Positions 24,901-27,108 of a stretch of DNA of 27,108 nt are shown here, piece by piece (positions within the stretch are counted from its first letter, which is position 1; each line of letters begins with the position of its first letter). Source of the stretch: a virus (lineage: Duplodnaviria > Caudoviricetes); the IMG/VR virus record IMGVR_UViG_3300048855_000028, positions 1 to 27,108 of that record. One strand, given 5' to 3'. The position numbers were made by a program, and so were the translations under genes. The notes under the pieces were generated by a model. It was not told the origin of the DNA and made no database searches. It worked only from the letters and a program-made list of their open reading frames with translations.

Positions 24901-27108
24901 GCCGTTGGCGCTGGCGTAGGGATCTACGGCCAGTCGAAGCAGCAGGCTGCCGCTGGCGGCTCGGTAGGTGCTTCGACCGCTTCTGGCGCTTTGAGCGGTG
25001 CTTTGTCAGGCGCGGGTTTGGGAGCCATGGTCGGCGGCCCAGTGGGTGCATTGGTAGGCGGTGCGATCGGCGCCGTCGGCGGTGCCATCATGGGCTGGTT
25101 CGGCGGCAACTCCGGCAAGGACCAGGCCGCGGCGGAGGCCAAGGCCAACTGGGAAGCCGTGAAGGTGCAGGCGATGCAGTTCGCCCAGACCCTCAACGGC
25201 GACGGCGGCTCCTTGACTTCCGGCTTTGCTCAGGCCCGGGCTCAAGCCGATCAGTACATCGAGACGGCCAGGAAAGCTGGTGGCCAGCAGGGCGCCATCG
25301 ACCAACTGAATAATGCCTATAATCAGTTCGTGACGCGCTCGGCGAATGCCTTCAAGACGTCGTTCGCCGGAATCGTCGATGCGCTGAATTCCGGCCTCGG
25401 CCCGAATTCAGAATTTGCAACGGCGGCGGCCAATGTGAAGTCCGTGGGCGAATCCCTCAAAGGCTTCGTGTCGGACGCCCGCGTGGCGTTTTCCAACGAC
25501 CCGTCGGCGGCGACGCTGGGCAACGCCGGGCTCGCCGGCAGCGACGGAAACGCCATCGCGCAGGCCCAATCGGCGGCGCAGCGCTATCTGCTGTCGTTGC
25601 TCGGACAGGCGCCGGTGCTCACGGCTACGGCAACGGCCTTGGACCATCTGCATGGCACCGCCGCGCAGCTGCAGACGACGCTGATCGATCTCGGCATGTC
25701 GTCCGCCGATGCCGCCAAGGCGATCGCGGATGGCGTCGGCGCGGCCCTGGACGCGCTGCGGGACAAGTTTTCCGCCAGCCTCGATGCGCGGCTGAATACC
25801 GCCACGGGAAAATCCTACCTCAACGACGCATCGGTGCTGATCACGCAGCATGCACAGGATGTGTCCGACGCCGCAGCGCTCGGAATCAGCCAATCGGGTG
25901 TCGCGGCGGTGTTCGCTGCCGAGGCACAAAAGATCGTCGAGGATGCCGGGCTGGTCGGCGACGCCTTCATGGCGTTCGTTGTCCAGTTCCCCGATCTGGC
26001 GAGCGTCGTTCACGAGTCCACGTCCGTGCTGGCCCAGGCAGCGGCTGACCAAGCGAAAGCAGCGCAGGACGCGGCCGACGCGATCAAGAAGACGCTGACC
26101 GACACGGCGACCTACCTGACCCAGATAGGCAAGACGATCCATGACTATCTGAACGGCCTGACGACCGGCGCCAGTTCGACGCTGAACCCCCAAGACAAGT
26201 TGAACGCTGCGCAAGCGCAATTCAATCAGCAGTTTGCGCTGGCGCAGGTTGGCGACCGCACCGCGCTTGGAACCATCACGCAGTACAGCGACACGCTGCT
26301 GGCGGCCGCCAAAGACTTCTTCGCGTCGTCGAGCGGCTATAGCGATATCTTCAACCAGGTCACTGCCAAGCTGCAGTCGATCCCGGACAATCTCACCGTG
26401 TCTCAGGTCACGGCCGCCGATCAGATCGTGGCAGCAATCAACGACTCCAAGGCAACCACTGTCAGCACGATCAACGCCACGACCGGGGCGGTTGCAACGG
26501 CAAGTGCATCGAATGACAACTTGGTCTCAATCCAGAATTCGCTGGTGTCGGCGCAGCTGTCATTGGTGAATTCCTCGAATACCTTGGCAAACTCCCAGGT
26601 GTCGCTGCTGGCCCAGATGGTAAATCTGAATGGCACCAGCGCACAGCAACTGGCGTTGCTCAACAACCAGTACGCAGCCTCTCCGATCCAGGGACAGACC
26701 GGCGGCACGGTCAACAACTTGATGATCCAGGCGCTGAACAAGATCGTCTTCAATACCTATTCGATCGCGGGAAACACTCAGCGCATTAACAAGGACTACG
26801 GCGGCGTTTACGCTGCGGGCGGACTGATCACCGGGCCGGGCACCGGCACGTCAGATTCGGTCTCGATCATGGCTTCAAACGGTGAATACATGATCACCGC
26901 TGCGACGGTAAATCGGCTTGGCGTAGGGTTCTTCGACCAGATCAACGCCGGTCGTACACCTAGCATGCCCCTTGCCTTGCCCTTCCGCGCTCCTAACGAC
27001 AACGCGAGGACGTCCGGCGGCGGCCAAGACATCAACGCGCTGGGAAACACGTTAGTGCGCGCGATCACCGGCGCCACGATGGCTGAGATCACGTCGAACA
27101 AAGAAGAG
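21988..27108 (+). CDS. Tape measure protein, >1700 aa, truncated by the window end (absent from the ORF track)
   Basis: GGAGGAG SD; frame in register at both ends and no closed ORF listed in this frame; lambda-type motif NLSRQAQDVAVSLQGGQ....V.LQQGSQ (about 22760-22845); C-terminal AAGG.ITGPGTGTSDS......SNGEY. Confidence 0.95.
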   Translation, partial: MAIDVGPALGFSVDSAPLKEAKRDMEAMVPAAEKAGTASERFRLQHQRTMDQMMLMQRTLQASLDVQRLMASSLDSMATSSTRVGQSFDRLIAKYDPLTAAGLRYSNALSEIDKAQKAGALSAEVAARARQQELGSYNNQITAIERLAATQKMAAQAMVNKQTVSPDRGSDIAAYATELDRLRAKFNPLFAAEKEHAALLEEINQAAKVGAITEAERGSAITTATAAYTKHVQALGGVAAANDNATKKTGLARHELINLSRQAQDVAVSLQGGQGFGTVMLQQGSQIVDIFMSMKGSLGGFFSQAAGWAATFATSMLGAFTVVGAVVVAGVASLISYRNAQEAIQLSLMGIGRASGVTAQQLNDVGKAASSLTGLSTSEATEFASALAATGRVAKESLLPATQIGKNLAKVLGTDVATAAGVMGQALTGNLDPINARLGAFSVASQEQIKLLMSQNREAEAQAIIIRKVAEATAAASEATSGWSRSWTALGNAASNAWRALGKGVDQLTGNASLDDQYKGAVSELEKLIKKRDELAKQDRSWMTDDQRARVNSTYRLMSGVPADDKNKADLAIINDLISKGETNTKKLKDAMDAVKASTDAVKANMQSVADAATRAALLPEIAARQALANQSANATAIAQSPVRQSAIGITQAEADEQVKRAKGVETGYQTAAQKIAEGFEIANKAITAFSPKQKAEIAQLETAARLRDDPTMSPEDKRRASQEAYNNALKQGNVALSEAARARALSAQQAVDSSKLEVDMVGKSIGQQTEMRANLQAYQALQQQASQQRTGFDNAEYERLKLKNAELGKTVQLLALTQIRDQIKEDRQTVGFSQEDLQIAQALKQAYPDITERMNSAEAAQIRVNNALHAMADAQRDAFSDFLQNMRSGKTVMESLTSALGGFADKLAKIGGDKLFEGLKSGNLFSGLTAANDNSKNGIVEGFDAIQKQAALAKQNTFQFNGGAAMAGIAAVGAGVGIYGQSKQQAAAGGSVGASTASGALSGALSGAGLGAMVGGPVGALVGGAIGAVGGAIMGWFGGNSGKDQAAAEAKANWEAVKVQAMQFAQTLNGDGGSLTSGFAQARAQADQYIETARKAGGQQGAIDQLNNAYNQFVTRSANAFKTSFAGIVDALNSGLGPNSEFATAAANVKSVGESLKGFVSDARVAFSNDPSAATLGNAGLAGSDGNAIAQAQSAAQRYLLSLLGQAPVLTATATALDHLHGTAAQLQTTLIDLGMSSADAAKAIADGVGAALDALRDKFSASLDARLNTATGKSYLNDASVLITQHAQDVSDAAALGISQSGVAAVFAAEAQKIVEDAGLVGDAFMAFVVQFPDLASVVHESTSVLAQAAADQAKAAQDAADAIKKTLTDTATYLTQIGKTIHDYLNGLTTGASSTLNPQDKLNAAQAQFNQQFALAQVGDRTALGTITQYSDTLLAAAKDFFASSSGYSDIFNQVTAKLQSIPDNLTVSQVTAADQIVAAINDSKATTVSTINATTGAVATASASNDNLVSIQNSLVSAQLSLVNSSNTLANSQVSLLAQMVNLNGTSAQQLALLNNQYAASPIQGQTGGTVNNLMIQALNKIVFNTYSIAGNTQRINKDYGGVYAAGGLITGPGTGTSDSVSIMASNGEYMITAATVNRLGVGFFDQINAGRTPSMPLALPFRAPNDNARTSGGGQDINALGNTLVRAITGATMAEITSNKEE

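Larger units (their letters stand above)
1..27108. mobile_element. Temperate siphovirus-type prophage/phage segment (immunity, early/replication, packaging, head, tail); both ends lie outside the window
   Basis: Canonical lambdoid gene order from CI/Cro to terminase, portal, capsid, tail tube and tape measure, with many ATGA/TGATG coupled genes. Confidence 0.97.

Noticed and set aside
23278-26220. Long minus-strand ORFs (439 aa and 270 aa) and short off-frame plus ORFs
   Set aside because: Shadows of the tape measure reading frame
1-27108. CRISPR array, DGR/retron reverse transcriptase, integrase/att, IS elements, lysis genes, gene transfer agent
   Set aside because: No spaced repeats or RT, transposase, integrase or lysin motifs seen by eye; the immunity and replication modules argue for a true prophage rather than a GTA

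Overview
The whole window is the central part of a temperate siphophage/prophage, most likely from an alphaproteobacterial (Hyphomicrobiales-like) host; the host is inferred from LexA-, GapR- and CtrA-type signatures. Gene order: CI/Cro switch with three operator-like sites; CII-like and small early regulators (DnaA-domain-IV-like, LexA-NTD, MT-A70 methylase, GapR/Rmf-like, RuvC-like); a Twinkle/T7-gp4-type primase-helicase whose Zn-finger is a separate ORF; a putative late regulator; an accessory block (frameshifted T5orf172/GIY-YIG gene, a tRNA-like RNA, two antisense morons, a parS-like palindrome overlapping an SOS-like box); terminase, portal, scaffold and capsid; head-tail genes interrupted by morons (including a PilZ gene behind a CtrA-like box); tail tube, frameshifting tail chaperones and a >1700-aa tape measure that runs off the right end. 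No integrase, att site or lysis cassette is visible. All calls come from manual motif recognition and synteny; no database searches were run.
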